DNA of 64,000 nt from Octopus sinensis (Eukaryota). Where the stretch lies: contig NC_043014.1 in NCBI RefSeq assembly GCF_006345805.1, forward strand, positions 41,168,001 through 41,232,000, written 5' to 3'. The notes under the pieces were generated by a model. That model ran no database searches and was not told where the DNA came from. It was given only the letters and a program-made list of their open reading frames with translations. The position numbers and the translations under genes were made by a program. Shown here in pieces: positions 24,673 to 37,270 of the stretch; the first letter of the stretch is position 1; the number at the start of each line of letters is the position of its first letter.

Positions 24673-25138
24673 ATTCCAACTAATCAGGCGAAGCACGCAA
24701 TTAGAACTGTCAAAGCTGCTACAATTGCCGATCCTCATCTTCACTGAAGTTCCCACTCCTTAAAGGATGCCAAGAGAAGTATCAAGATCGAAGACGGCTG
24801 TGATATGGAAACGTCAAAGTGTGGGTTTTTTCAACATAACCAATTAACGAAGCTCTTCTGATCATTCAATGTACAGGAGGTGTCGTTGACAAAAGTGGAG
24901 CTGAAGAAAAAAAGCCCTCGCAATGGCTTCATTTCCCGTCATACTTCACAGAAATCGGGCTATATAATGCTGCTTGGAAAGTCCAGCTGCCTTTATGATT
25001 ATGAAGACAGTGGAAGATTTTTAAAGAAAAGTTTTTCATGGCCTCTGTCAAATCATTTTCGTACATGATCCTATGGATCCCGTTTTTTGTGCAGCCCAAC
25101 CTATAATGCTGACAGAAATGTATGGCGTGTGTTAAATA

Positions 25139-25378
25139 CTCTCTTTTTACTCTTTTCTCTTTTACTTGTTTCAGTCATTTGACTATGGCTATGCTGGAGC
25201 ACCGCCTTTGGAGTGGCTGTGTGGTAAGTAGCTTGCTTACCAACCACATAGTTCCCGCTTCAGTCCCACTGCGTGGAAACTTGGGGAAGTGTCTTCTACT
25301 ATAGCCTCGGGCCGACCAAAGCCTTGTGAGTGGATTTGGTAGCCGGAAACTGAAAGAAGCCCGTCGTATATATGTATG

Positions 25379-25459
<81 letters not shown>

Positions 25460-25690
25460 TGTATGTGTGTGTGTGTGTTGTTTCAGTGGCGTAGAAATTC
25501 CCCACCTGAAGGGACACCGGTCCGTCACAGGATTACTCATCTTTGCCAGCTGAGTGGACTGGAGCAACGTGAAAATGAAGTGTTTTGCTCAAGAACACAA
25601 TGCATCGCCCGGTCCAGGAATCGAAACCACAACCTTACGATCATGAGTTTAACACCCTAACCACTAAGCCACGTAAAAGAGTAAAAGAGA
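25139..25690. mobile_element. Chimeric SINE locus: A tail (-), A head (+), D-like element (-, about 25480-25672), A-type tail repeat
   Basis: Homology to families A and D. Confidence 0.75.
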
Positions 25691-26490
25691 GAGATAGAGT
25701 ATACTGTGCTTAACTAATCACTACACAGTAGAACGAATAAGCTGCGCTAAATCAGACATAACTAATGCATGATATATTTTTAGTGCCGTACGTATAGGTT
25801 TATTCCTGAGGCTTCGTTCGTTCTGCTACATGTGCTATAAATGCTATTCAATCAAATAACTTAGATATTACACACACACACTGATCCAGTATCTCTGATC
25901 TAACAATATTCTTACCATCTCAGATCATACCTTGTGATAACAAACGCTTGTGTGAAAGCTAAATTTATAATAGTTTCACTGTGAAATTCATTTCCTGTAG
26001 TGTTTTATCCTGTTGCATAGACTTCGCTTTCATCTCTGTCTAACACTTTTCCAACAGTTTTATATGAAAAAAAAAAAAAAAAACAGTATACACATACATA
26101 TAAACATAACTGCCTCCTGATTACGTATTGTCAAATTCTACTTGATTTCAGATGAAGAATTTCACTGAACTTTCATCAGTGTTATATTAGAATCTCCTAC
26201 TTCACTTTAGCATTGAACTTAGCATTTGTCTGTTTCCGATTTATTATTAGTTCATTTTATTCTGTAAAAGAAGGCTTTTTACTCTTTTCTTTGTGCTTCA
26301 AAACCTCATTTATTATCTAAATAACTAATGCAGCTTTCGTCTAGAAGACAACATATATTTACTGGTTTAGAGATCTTATTTTAGACATATATTTACACAC
26401 ACAAGTAACGATATCATTACGTACATGATACACACATACATAAGTGTGTGTGTACATACATACATATATATCTATCTGTCTATCTGTCTG

Positions 26491-26559
<69 letters not shown>

Positions 26560-26573
26560 ATATGTGTGTGTGT

Positions 26574-26770
26574 GTGGCGAGCTGGCAGAAATGTTAGCAC
26601 GCCGGGCGAAATACGTATCCGTTTTTCGTCTGTCGTTACGTTCTGAGTTCAAATTCCGCCGAGGTCGACTTTGCCTTTCATCCTTTCGGGGTCGATAAAT
26701 TAAGTACCAGTTACGCACTGGGGATCGATGTAATCAGCTTAATCCGTTTGTCTGTCCTTGTTTGTCCTGT
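26574..26770 (+). mobile_element. SINE family B embedded in (ATCT)n tracts
   Basis: Homology to B consensus. Confidence 0.88.
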
Positions 26771-26803
26771 GTGTGTGTGTGTATGTTTTTTTACATACAT
26801 GCA

Positions 26804-26914
<111 letters not shown>

Positions 26915-27462
26915 ATATATATATATATATATATATATAATGTATGTATATGCATAGCTACCTATATGAACCAATGTATTAGTAGGCTTGTATCACATAT
27001 ATTCCAACTTTGTGCATCATTCCAATTATCGTTAAAATGCGGAATGCACGTGCAGCAAGATTATTTATATCAATCAGGTATATTTACGAAATCCCAATAA
27101 ATATCATTAAATATATCACAAGAAATATTGCTATAGTTACTAACATAAATGAGTAGACATATAATCTAGTTGGAAAGATATTGAAAGATAATCAATAAGC
27201 AATCAATAGAAAGATAATGAAGAATTTTAAAGATAATCAATACGCAGCAAACGTGTTCTGGTTTTTAATGCGTTAAAATGGAAATAGTGAAAAGTCAGCA
27301 GTTCGTATCCTTACACTAAATTCCCAGTCGAATAAAATCGCAAATAGGTACAACAAAACGGCACAGTCTAGTTCTATAAATAACAAAACAAGTGTAAAAT
27401 TTCGTTTTCGGATTTGGTATGCAATATTCATTATATGAGTTCGTGTGTTGAAACATATTCTG

Positions 27463-27658
27463 TTGTGTCTGGGGAGAGTCATTTTCTTTTTGTGCCTTAT
27501 AATGTAACACACTCACCGGTAAAATTTGCACTTATTTCTTATTTCTATTTTCCTAAAATTTTCGTTGCGTCTTGCAACCTTTTCAATAGTCTTGACTTTT
27601 GAAAAGGTTGCAAGACGCAACGAAAATTTCATATAGGTAGCTATGCATTACATACAAG

Positions 27659-27738
<80 letters not shown>

Positions 27739-27981
27739 AGAGAGAGAGAGAGAGAGAGAGATAGATAGATAAATAGATAGATAGATAGTCTTGACTATTG
27801 AAAACGTTGCAATACGCAACGAAAACTTTACGAAAATAAAAATAAGAAATAAGTTGATTGAAAAGGTTGCAAGACGTAACGAAAGTTTTAGGAAAATAAA
27901 AATAAGGAATAGGTGGCAATTTTACCGGTGAGTGTGTTACATTATAAGGCACAAAAAGAAAATGACTCTCCCCAGACACTG
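27463..27981. mobile_element. Foldback MITE, ~125-bp TIRs (Tc1/mariner-like CAGTG end), central (TA)n/(GA)n
   Basis: GTGTCTGGGGAGAGTCATTTTCTTTTTGTGCCTTATAATGTAACACACTCACCGGTAAAATT at 27465 is mirrored at about 27920-27979; extra internal inverted subrepeats. Confidence 0.8.
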
Positions 27982-28122
27982 AAAGTGTAAAATTGATAAG
28001 CCTAAAACTTTGAAGGCAAATCTTCTCGTGAATATATTTTGAAGAAGGGAGTGTTCTTCCATGTTGTTCCGTAATGAAAACATGAAAATAAACCCTGGTG
28101 TGAAGTCCCTAGAATAAAATGT

Positions 28123-28500
28123 AGGCGCAGTCATGCCCGAGTAGTTAAGAAGCTTGTTTTGCAAGGAAATGGATTTGCGTTCAGTCCCAATGCGCGGCAA
28201 CTTCGACAAGAATTTTCTACAATAGCCACGGGCCGACTCATACCTCGTGGGCGAATTTGGTAGATGAAAACTGTGCAGAAACCCGTTGTGTATCTATATT
28301 TCTGTGTCTTTTTGTGTGTCTTTGTACCTCTCTTAGCGGTGTTGGTTTGTTTATTTTCTGTAACATAGCGATTACAAATGAGTCTGATAGAATAAGTACC
28401 AGGTTTAAAATGAGTACTGGGGTCGATCTGCTAGACTAAAATCCTTCAAGGTGGTGCCCCCCAAATGACCATAATCAAATGACTGTAACAAATAAAAGAC
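28123..28500 (+). mobile_element. SINE family A, old diverged copy
   Basis: AGGCGCAG head, AATAAGTACCAGG...GGGGTCGAT body, CAAATGACTGTAACAAATAAAAGA tail. Confidence 0.7.
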
Positions 28501-28522
28501 ACACACACACACACACACACAC

Positions 28523-28584
<62 letters not shown>

Positions 28585-28863
28585 TTTTCGCCTACCAAGT
28601 TTACCCAGCGGTCGGCTCGGAGTTATAGTGGAAACAAGTGGGACTGAAACCAAGATCACATGATTGGGAAGTAAACTTCTTACCACATATCTACGCTAGC
28701 GTTGCTTAGCAACAGGCTTTGATAGATGCCTTTCTCTCTTTTTTCTTTCTTTCTTTCTTTAGACACACACATACATACACACACACACATATATATATAC
28801 ATACATTCATACATATATATATATATATATGAGAAAGTTGGTTTGTGAAAGCACGTGGTTGAA

Positions 28864-29155
28864 TATATAGAAAATAGTAAAAAGTGAAAAAACTACAGAA
28901 GGCTTGTTTTAAAAGGTTAAAAAGTATATATTTGAGTCAATATGTCTGAAGAATATTATAAATTTTTTTCTTACAATGACATAGTTTAAAAGAAATGACC
29001 GGTTTCGCGTTCAGCTTTTCAAATTTCTAACATTTCTTCTAAACTATGTCATTGTAAGAAAAAAATTTATAATATTCTTCAGACACATTGACTCAAATAT
29101 ATACTTTTTAACCTTTTAAAACAAGCCTTCTGTAGTTTTTTCACTTTTTACTATT

Positions 29156-29166
<11 letters not shown>
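28864..29166. mobile_element. (TA)n-flanked foldback, ~125-bp arms, decayed hammerhead in the loop
   Basis: 28864-28988 versus 29040-29166 with 1 mismatch seen. Confidence 0.88.
28991..29028 (-). ncRNA. Minimal hammerhead with mutated core
   Basis: AGAAAU-UUGAAAA-GCUGAACGC-GAAAC-CG-GUC|AUUUCU: 6-bp helix I, ACCGGU palindrome, core CUGAAGA changed at two positions. Confidence 0.65.
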
Positions 29167-29198
<32 letters not shown>

Positions 29199-29470
29199 GT
29201 AGCTGTCATAACGTAAAGGGTCAGTAAGAACAAGTGTATTGCTATATTTATTATAGAAGATTAACAAAACGCTGAGACTGGATATTTTGCACATATTTAG
29301 ATATATCAAATATCTATCTTTCGTGGAAATCTCAAGTGAATGGAATAAATATTTCGTAAGTTATGAGGAAATAAACAAATAAACTTCAAAACTGCAACGG
29401 CCAAAAGCTAAGGGTCGCAAAATTTTGTATCCTATCTAAATTAACTATTACCTAACCTTACTCTCACACC

Positions 29471-29519
29471 GTCTCAGATGAATGGATAAGATTAAACATC
29501 CTGGAAACAGCTGTAACAC
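29471..29519 (+). ncRNA. Decayed minimal hammerhead (ACAGCUGU helix III family)
   Basis: GUCU-CAGAUGA-AUGGAU..AUCCUG-GAAAC-AGCU-GUA|ACAC. Confidence 0.55.
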
Positions 29520-29586
29520 ATTCTATCTATAAATGTTCTAATATCTACAGAGCCTTGGTTTTTTTATCGCATTACGCAAAAATTAC

Positions 29587-29622
<36 letters not shown>

Positions 29623-29647
29623 ATATGTGTGTGTGTGCGTGTGTGTG

Positions 29648-29990
29648 TCTGCCGTTACGTTCTCAGTTCAAATTCCGCCGAGGTCGACTTTGCCTTTCAT
29701 CCTTTCGGGGTCGATAAATTAAGTACCAGTTACGCTCTGGGGTCAATATAATCGACTCAATCCGTTGTCTGTCCTTGTTTGTCCCCTCTGTGTTTAGCCC
29801 CTTGTGGGTAGTAAAGAAATAGTTATTTCGTCTGCCGCTGCGTTCTGAGTTCAAATTCCGCCGAGGTCAACTTTGCCTTTCATCCTCTCGGGGTCGATAA
29901 ATTAAGTACCAGGTGCCTACTTTGGTCGATCTAATCGTCTGGCCCCCTCCCCCAAAATTTCGGGTCTTGTTCCTAGTGTAGAAAAGAATA
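29648..29990 (+). mobile_element. Composite SINE B (tail1 unit fused to tail2 unit)
   Basis: Junction AAAGAAATA|GTTATTTCGTCTG near 29815-29833. Confidence 0.85.
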
Positions 29991-30182
29991 TTACATTTAT
30001 ATAAATAGAAAATAATTAATTTTGCATAGGGTCTTAAGTTTTGTCTGCCGATTTAGTCAACCAGTGATGAAAAATATTTTACGAATATTTGTAAAAGGGG
30101 AAATATATTTAATAGTCAGTATATATTGAAATTAGCTACACCGGTTTGCGTGAATACATTATGGTTGTGTTCTGTCTATGAT

Positions 30183-30331
30183 TATATTAAGTTGTCCCAA
30201 AAGTTCGTAAACACTTGCGAAAATTGAATTTTTACTCGCCAAATACTAACAAAAAGAACAAAAATTATTCCTCAAAATAAAGACCATTATTTTCCAAGAC
30301 TTTCTACGAACTTTTGGGACAATCTTATATA
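30183..30331 (-). mobile_element. Mariner internal-deletion derivative (MITE)
   Basis: TIRs GTTGTCCCAAAAGTTCGTA / TACGAACTTTTGGGACAAT with TA flanks; interior encodes KVLENNGLYFEE (mariner C-terminus) on the minus strand. Confidence 0.8.
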
Positions 30332-30723
30332 TGCTTTGTGCTCTTGTAGCAACTGATTTAGTATGATACTAAATTTAAAAATTTTATATAGCGTATTATA
30401 TTTTATACCTTCCATGTCATTCCATTTCAATATACAGAGATACATATCTATCACTTATTTATATGCAGCCAGTTGAAGTTACTTCAGAAATTTGAAACTT
30501 TAATATCCAATAGCTATACTACTGCACTAGAATATTTTCTGAAAAGTCCTAACAAATAAATGACAATACAAATACACTTACGTTCAAAAATACAGAAATA
30601 TATACAAAGTTTGTACATAACTATTTGCGATCTGTAGTCAAATTATTACAATGTATGTATACTCATACATACAGGTAGGCACACACACATACACACACAC
30701 GCACGTGTATTATATGTAATATA

Positions 30724-30782
<59 letters not shown>

Positions 30783-30828
30783 AATCATATAAGGACGAGG
30801 GGTCTGTGGGTGTTGATACTTGTGGGTG

Positions 30829-30884
<56 letters not shown>

Positions 30885-31076
30885 ATCATAATAATGATAA
30901 AGGGTAAGATTAATTAATCACTTAATAAATAATGATTTCACCAAGTAGTTCGGTATGTTAAAAGAACCATTATTGGTAACCTTATACAAAAAATCTATAA
31001 TTATAAGCATAATTATAATTAGGGTTCAGCAAAATTTGCTTCACCACATACCGAAATTTAGAAATAGCAGTTAAAT

Positions 31077-31177
31077 ACTATTCCACTACCATAAGATATC
31101 TCCCAGACAGCCATACTCTACCTGCGTGAGTTGTAGAGTATGGCTGTCTGGAAGATATCTTATGGTAGTGGAATAGT
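31077..31177. repeat. Hairpin, 45-bp arms, 11-nt loop
   Basis: 31077-31121 versus 31133-31177, 1 mismatch. Confidence 0.9.
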
Positions 31178-31460
31178 GGAAACAGAGTTCATATTTATTC
31201 ATCATTATTTGATTTATTTTATCCAATTTTAGAGAAACTAAATCATGCCTTTGACAATTCTGGATTCTGGATTGTACTGAATTTATTTTCTGCGTGACTT
31301 TTGGTCCGCTCTCTATATGTGTATGTGTTTGTATATGTGTGAATTTGTAAGCGAATAATTAATAAAAATTTAATAAGATATAGCGAATTGATAAAAATAC
31401 AAATGAATAAAAATCCACTGGTAATTGAACTGACATGGTTTACAACTACGTATCGTCGAA

Positions 31461-31844
31461 GTTGTTGGCACTCCATCGGTTACTACGACGAGGGTTCCAG
31501 TTGATCCGATCAACGGAACAGCCTGCTCGTGAAATTAACGTGCAAGTGGCTGAGCACTCCACAGACACGTGTACCCTTAACGAAGTTCTCGGGGATATTC
31601 AGCGTGACACAGTATGACAAGGCTGGTCCTTTGAATTACAGGCACAGCAGAAACAGAAAGAAAGACTGAGAGAAAGTTGTGGTGAAAGAGTACAGCAGGG
31701 TTCGCCACCAACCCCTACCGGAGCCTCGTGGAGGTTTAGGTGATTTCGCTCAATAAACACTCACAATGCCCGGTCTGGGGATCGAAACGGCGATCCTACA
31801 ACCGCGAGTTCGCTGCCCTAACCACTGGGCCATTGCGCCTCCAC
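31461..31844 (-). mobile_element. SINE family E, full length, with TSD
   Basis: 10-bp TSD TATCGTCGAA at 31451-31460 and 31845-31854. Confidence 0.92.
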
Positions 31845-31903
31845 TATCGTCGAATTACATTTATTTTATGAGTAATTTCCTTGGACTGTGACGTGGTAAT
31901 TTT

Positions 31904-33112
31904 GGGAATCTTTTCCTTTTGAACGGCAGTTTTCAACACAATTTCTAGTTAACTAAACACTTTTAAACTTCGTATACTGGTAGGATGTGTTTATAAAACA
32001 TCATTTTTTTTCCTGGCTTTATTGAGAAAATTCTATATGTTGTAACATATTTCGACTTTAATTTCGAGCATTTCGGCAATTTTGACCAATCGCTGACCTC
32101 CATTTGGGGTGAAAACATTCCGTGCTGTATGAATATGTCCCTCGGTTAAGAAACAGATTGGGTTTATTTACATTTGCGAAGAAAAAAGATACCCTTCCCC
32201 CACCTCTAACCCTAACCCTAACACTAACCCTACCCCTAACCCTAACCATAACTCTAAACCTAACCCTAAAATAGATTGAAATGCAATAGATCGATACTAG
32301 GGTTATAATTATGGGTGACAATTTCATTTGACACCGCTAGAAAAAATCTCATTTTCCGTAGCGGTGTCGTATGAAATTGTCACCCATAATTATAACCCTA
32401 GTAACGATCTATTGCATTTCAATCTATTTTAGGGTTAGGTTTAGAGTTATGGTTATGGTTAGGGTTAGGGGTGGGGGAAGGGTATATTTTTTTCTTCGCA
32501 AATGTAAATAAACCCAATCTGTTTCTTAAACAAGGGACATATTCATACAGCACGGAATGTTTTGACTCCAAATGGACGTATTTGATTGGTTAAAATTGCC
32601 GAAATACTCGATTTTAAAGTGGAAATATGTTACAAACTATAGAATTTTCTCAATAAAGCCAAGAAAAAATGATATTTTATAAACACATTCTACTAGTATA
32701 CGAAGTTTAAAAGTGTTTAGTTAACTAGAAATTGTGTTGACATATTACTCTTTTACTCTTTTACTTGTTTCAGTCATTTGACTGCGGCCATGCTGGAGCA
32801 CCACCTTTAGTCGAGCAAATCGACCCCGGAACTTATTCTTTGTAAGCCCAGTACTTATTCTATCGGTCTCTTTTGCCGAACCGCTAAGTGACGGGGACGT
32901 AAACGCACCAGCATCGGTTGTCAAGCAATGCTAGGGGGACAAACACACACACATATACATATATATACATATATACGACAGGCTTCTTTTAGTTTCCGTC
33001 TACCAAATCCACTCACAAGGCATTGGTCGGCCCGGGGCTATAGTAGAAGACACTTGCCCAAGATGCCACGCAGTGGGACTGAACATATGCCGTTCAAAAG
33101 GAAAAGATGCTC
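31904..33112. mobile_element. Tail-to-tail palindromic dimer of the (TAACCC)n MITE; right arm interrupted by SINE A
   Basis: About 31904-32340 mirrored by about 32359-32740 plus 33088-33112; left-type TIR at both outer ends. Confidence 0.85.
32746..33084 (-). mobile_element. SINE family A, 5'-truncated, nested in the MITE arm
   Basis: Tail at 32746, truncated at the B box (33084). Confidence 0.9.
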
Positions 33113-34149
33113 TGTGCTTACTTTAAAAAAGTAGTGAATCGTGGCTTATACACATGTAATTGTACATCCGTCAAGCTTTGGACTGTGACTTGGTAATTTT
33201 GGTTACCGTTTCAAGGAGAATGCCCAGGGGAGACGTAGGACAAAATAAAATGAAATTACAGTACAACCGATAACATGAACAAAGTAAAGGAAATTGTAAA
33301 TTACATATATGGATGTACTTAGGAATCGAAGAACCAGGCTATAAATTAAGCGGCTATAAAAGGTAACTGATCGGAGGTGGGAGAAAAAATAGCAGTTGAA
33401 ACTAAGAACAGTAAAAATGTACTTCAGCAACTGATAATGTGCTGTAGAACTTAACATCAAAGACTTTGTTTATAGCTTGTTTACTTTCTGTTTCTTTATT
33501 TTTTTCTTTTCTTTTGTTTTTTTTTTGTTTTTTTTTTGTTAGTAATTTCTTTTTATAACAAAACTTTGACTTGTTATGCTTAACTGGATGGCTGAAAATG
33601 TAAAGTAGCTTCTGTGTTGTAGGTTAACTAACAATTTTAGTTAAATGTCCATTAAAATACTTCAAAGGACAAAATAATGCTATATAAGGTTCGCTTTTCC
33701 TTGGTAGAAAGTAACGAGCTGCTAGCAATGTTTCCGTAATAAAAAAACCTTGATTACAAGGTGACAGCTGGTAATACCCACTGCTACGGACACTAAATGA
33801 AAGAAAATTTCACATAAATGAAAAAAAAAAAAAAAAAAAACCTCCAAAAATCAAACACAAAAACAAAACAAAAACCCTCATTAAACGTTGCTTCTTATAC
33901 GATTTGAACTTATTTAATAGGTTTATTGAGTGTCTTCATTTTCGCTCTCTTGTCCGACCTCTCCTTGTCATTTGTGCACACTGTGTAGATATTCTCTGTA
34001 TGCAGTTTTCAATGATTTGATATGTCTAAGAAGAACTGTTTCTTAAGTTTTAGCTGCACAGTTTACCTAAGTTCTTTTTATTTTGTCTTTATTTCTTCCT
34101 CCCCCTCTCGCTGCAAACGAATTATTACTAATTTATCTTTGCAAATAGC

Positions 34150-34164
34150 AATTCACTCGCAGCA

Positions 34165-34196
<32 letters not shown>

Positions 34197-34375
34197 CACA
34201 TTTATATACGTACACACATGCACACACACAAACAGGCACACATATGTATACATACATATCTGCATATAAATATATATATATATATTATATATATATATAT
34301 ATACATACACATATATCTATACATACATACATACATATATATTACATACAAAGACGTAAATAATCTTATATATAT

Positions 34376-34436
<61 letters not shown>

Positions 34437-34740
34437 TAAACATATAGATAGATACATATTATATATATAAACATATATATATAGATACATATTATATATA
34501 TAAACATATATATAGATACATATTATATATATAAACATATATATAGATACATATCATATATATATAAACACATATATAGATACATATATATATATAAACA
34601 TATATATAGATACATATCATATATATATATATATATATAATATATGTCATATATATAGATATATATCTATATATACACATATATATATTTATTTATATAC
34701 ATACACACAAATATATATATATATTCATACGTACATGCAA
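34150..34740. repeat. (TA)n compound tract with a ~30-bp minisatellite
   Basis: TATATATAAACATATATATAGATACAT(A)T repeated about 6 times at 34430-34620. Confidence 0.85.
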
Positions 34741-35189
34741 GCATAGACTTTCTCACCCACACAAACACACTTATTTCTTATAACAGTTTCTCTTGTCTGT
34801 CACAAACTATTACTTTGTGTTCCTTTTTATCTTTGTGTTTCCGTCTGTATCTCCATTATTTCTTCCATCAGCTTTTTCTCCATTCAACTCTTACGTTTAT
34901 TTATTTATTTATTCATTTTATTTTATTTATTTTATGTCACAAATGGTAAACAGTAGCTCCGTTGATTACAAGTTTACAACGCACCACTATTAGTTCACTG
35001 TATTACTTTCGACAACTAATGACCAAGGGAAAAAGTGAACGCTTACTATACGATGAAGAAAAATTGAACAGCACACCAAGGGACACATACAGTGATGGTG
35101 GAGCTCGGAGTTTTTTTTATTTCATTGCTGATCTTTACATCCTCCTCAGATAAATGTTAGCGAAAGACAAACAGTAATTTTTTTTTAAA

Positions 35190-35799
35190 CTTGGCACAAG
35201 GTCAGCAAAGTTTTGGTGGGGAGTGGGTAAGCTGATTACATCAGTCCCAGCACTCAAATGGTACCCCGAAAGTATGAAATTTTATCGAACCCGAAAGTAT
35301 GAAATTTAAACGAAAGAAATGATCTTATGCATTTTGACAGCATGCTAAGAATTCTGTCAGCTCTCCCCCGATGTATCAATACCTATTTCTTTACTACCCA
35401 CAAGGGGTACTACCCACAGAGGGGACTGACGAGGACAGACAAACGGATTAAGTCGATTATATCGACCCCAGTGCGTAATTGGTACTTATTTAATCGACTC
35501 CGAAAGGATGAAAGGCAAAGTCGATCTCGGCAGAATTTGAACTCAGAACGTAGCAGCAGACGAATACTTATTTCTTTACTGCCCACAAGGGACTAAACAC
35601 AGAGAGGACAAACAAGGACAGACAAACGGATTAAGTCGATTATATCGACCCCAGTGAGTAACTGGTACTTAATTTATCGACTCCGAAAGGATGAAAGGCA
35701 AAGTCGACCTCGGCGGAATTTGAACTCAGAACGTAACGGCAGACGAAATACCGCTAAGCATTTCGCTCGGCGTGCTTACGATTCTGCCAGGTCGCCGCC

Positions 35800-35835
<36 letters not shown>

Positions 35836-36243
35836 TTCCTTTCTACCATAATCACAAGAACTGGAATTTTTGTGGAGGAGACCAGTCGATTTGATCGAAC
35901 CCAGTACGCTACTGATACTTAATTTATTGACTCCGAAACGATGAAAGGCAAAGTCAACCTCGGCGGAATTTGAACTCAGAACGTAGCGGCAGACGAAATA
36001 CCGCTAAGCATTTCGCCCGACGTGCTAACGTTTCTTATTTCTTTATTGCCCCAAAGGGGCTAAACATAGAGGGAACAAACAAGGGACAGACTACGAGATT
36101 AAGTCGATTACATCGACCGCAGTGCGTAACTGGTACTTAATTCATGGATCCCGAAAGGATGAAAGACAAACTCGACCTCTCCGGAATTTGAACTCAGAAC
36201 GTAACTGCAGACGAAATACTGCCAAGCATTTCGCCCGGCCTGC
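35190..36243 (-). mobile_element. SINE B tandem array (about 5 units, tails 1 and 2)
   Basis: Repeated B bodies; recurrent junctions near 35385, 35565 and 36030. Confidence 0.88.
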
Positions 36244-36480
36244 TATCTTAGTATGTATGACTACGTGCAGATTTGTATGTTTTGCTTTATGTATGTGTTC
36301 TCATGCATATGGTTGCCTGTCTAGACATGTTCACACATACTTAAATGATAAACTTCTGGTAAGTTTTATATGTATGTACTAATGCATGTATGTATATTAC
36401 CAAAAGTTTTTGTTTATCAAATTTCACTGGAAAGCTATCAGGTGACCCAGGGCTGTTTCAATATACAGTTTTGAAAGTGC

Positions 36481-36773
36481 TGCAGGCATAGCTTTGTGGT
36501 TAAAAAGTTGCTTAGCAACTATATGGTTTCTGGTTCAGGCCCTCGATGCGACACCCTAGACGAATGTGTGTGTGTATGTGTGTGTGTGTGCGCGCTTATT
36601 TATAAGTGATTGTCCTCCTCGCCATCGCTTGAGAACCGATGTTGGGTTTAGCAATTCGGTTCAGAGAGTCTTTCAATAAGTTCTTAAAACATGACTGGAG
36701 ATGATTTGTTTGACTAAACACTTCAAAGCAGTGCTCCAGCATGGCCGCAGTTCAATGACTGAAACAAGTAATA
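36481..36773 (+). mobile_element. SINE family A, old copy
   Basis: Diverged head; CAGCATGGCCGCAGTTCAATGACTGAAACAAGTAA tail. Confidence 0.7.
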
Positions 36774-36844
36774 GATGAAAGACGATACTGGGGTCTATCC
36801 CGAAACCACGTGGTTTCGAACCCACTTTGTCACCTCTCTCTTTC

Positions 36845-36846
36845 CT

Positions 36847-36923
<77 letters not shown>

Positions 36924-36936
36924 GTCTGTCTATCTA

Positions 36937-36977
<41 letters not shown>

Positions 36978-37060
36978 TTATCTATCTATCTATCAATCTA
37001 CCTACCTACCTACCAACCTATCTGTCTACCTGTCTATCTGTCTATCTGTCTGTCTGCCTG

Positions 37061-37093
<33 letters not shown>

Positions 37094-37102
37094 ATATCTA
37101 CT

Positions 37103-37173
<71 letters not shown>

Positions 37174-37198
37174 ACCTATCTGTCTGTCTATCTATCTA

Positions 37199-37252
<54 letters not shown>

Positions 37253-37270
37253 CCTACCTATCTATCTATT
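36845..37270. repeat. (ATCT)n/(GTCT)n compound microsatellite
   Basis: Direct inspection. Confidence 0.95.
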
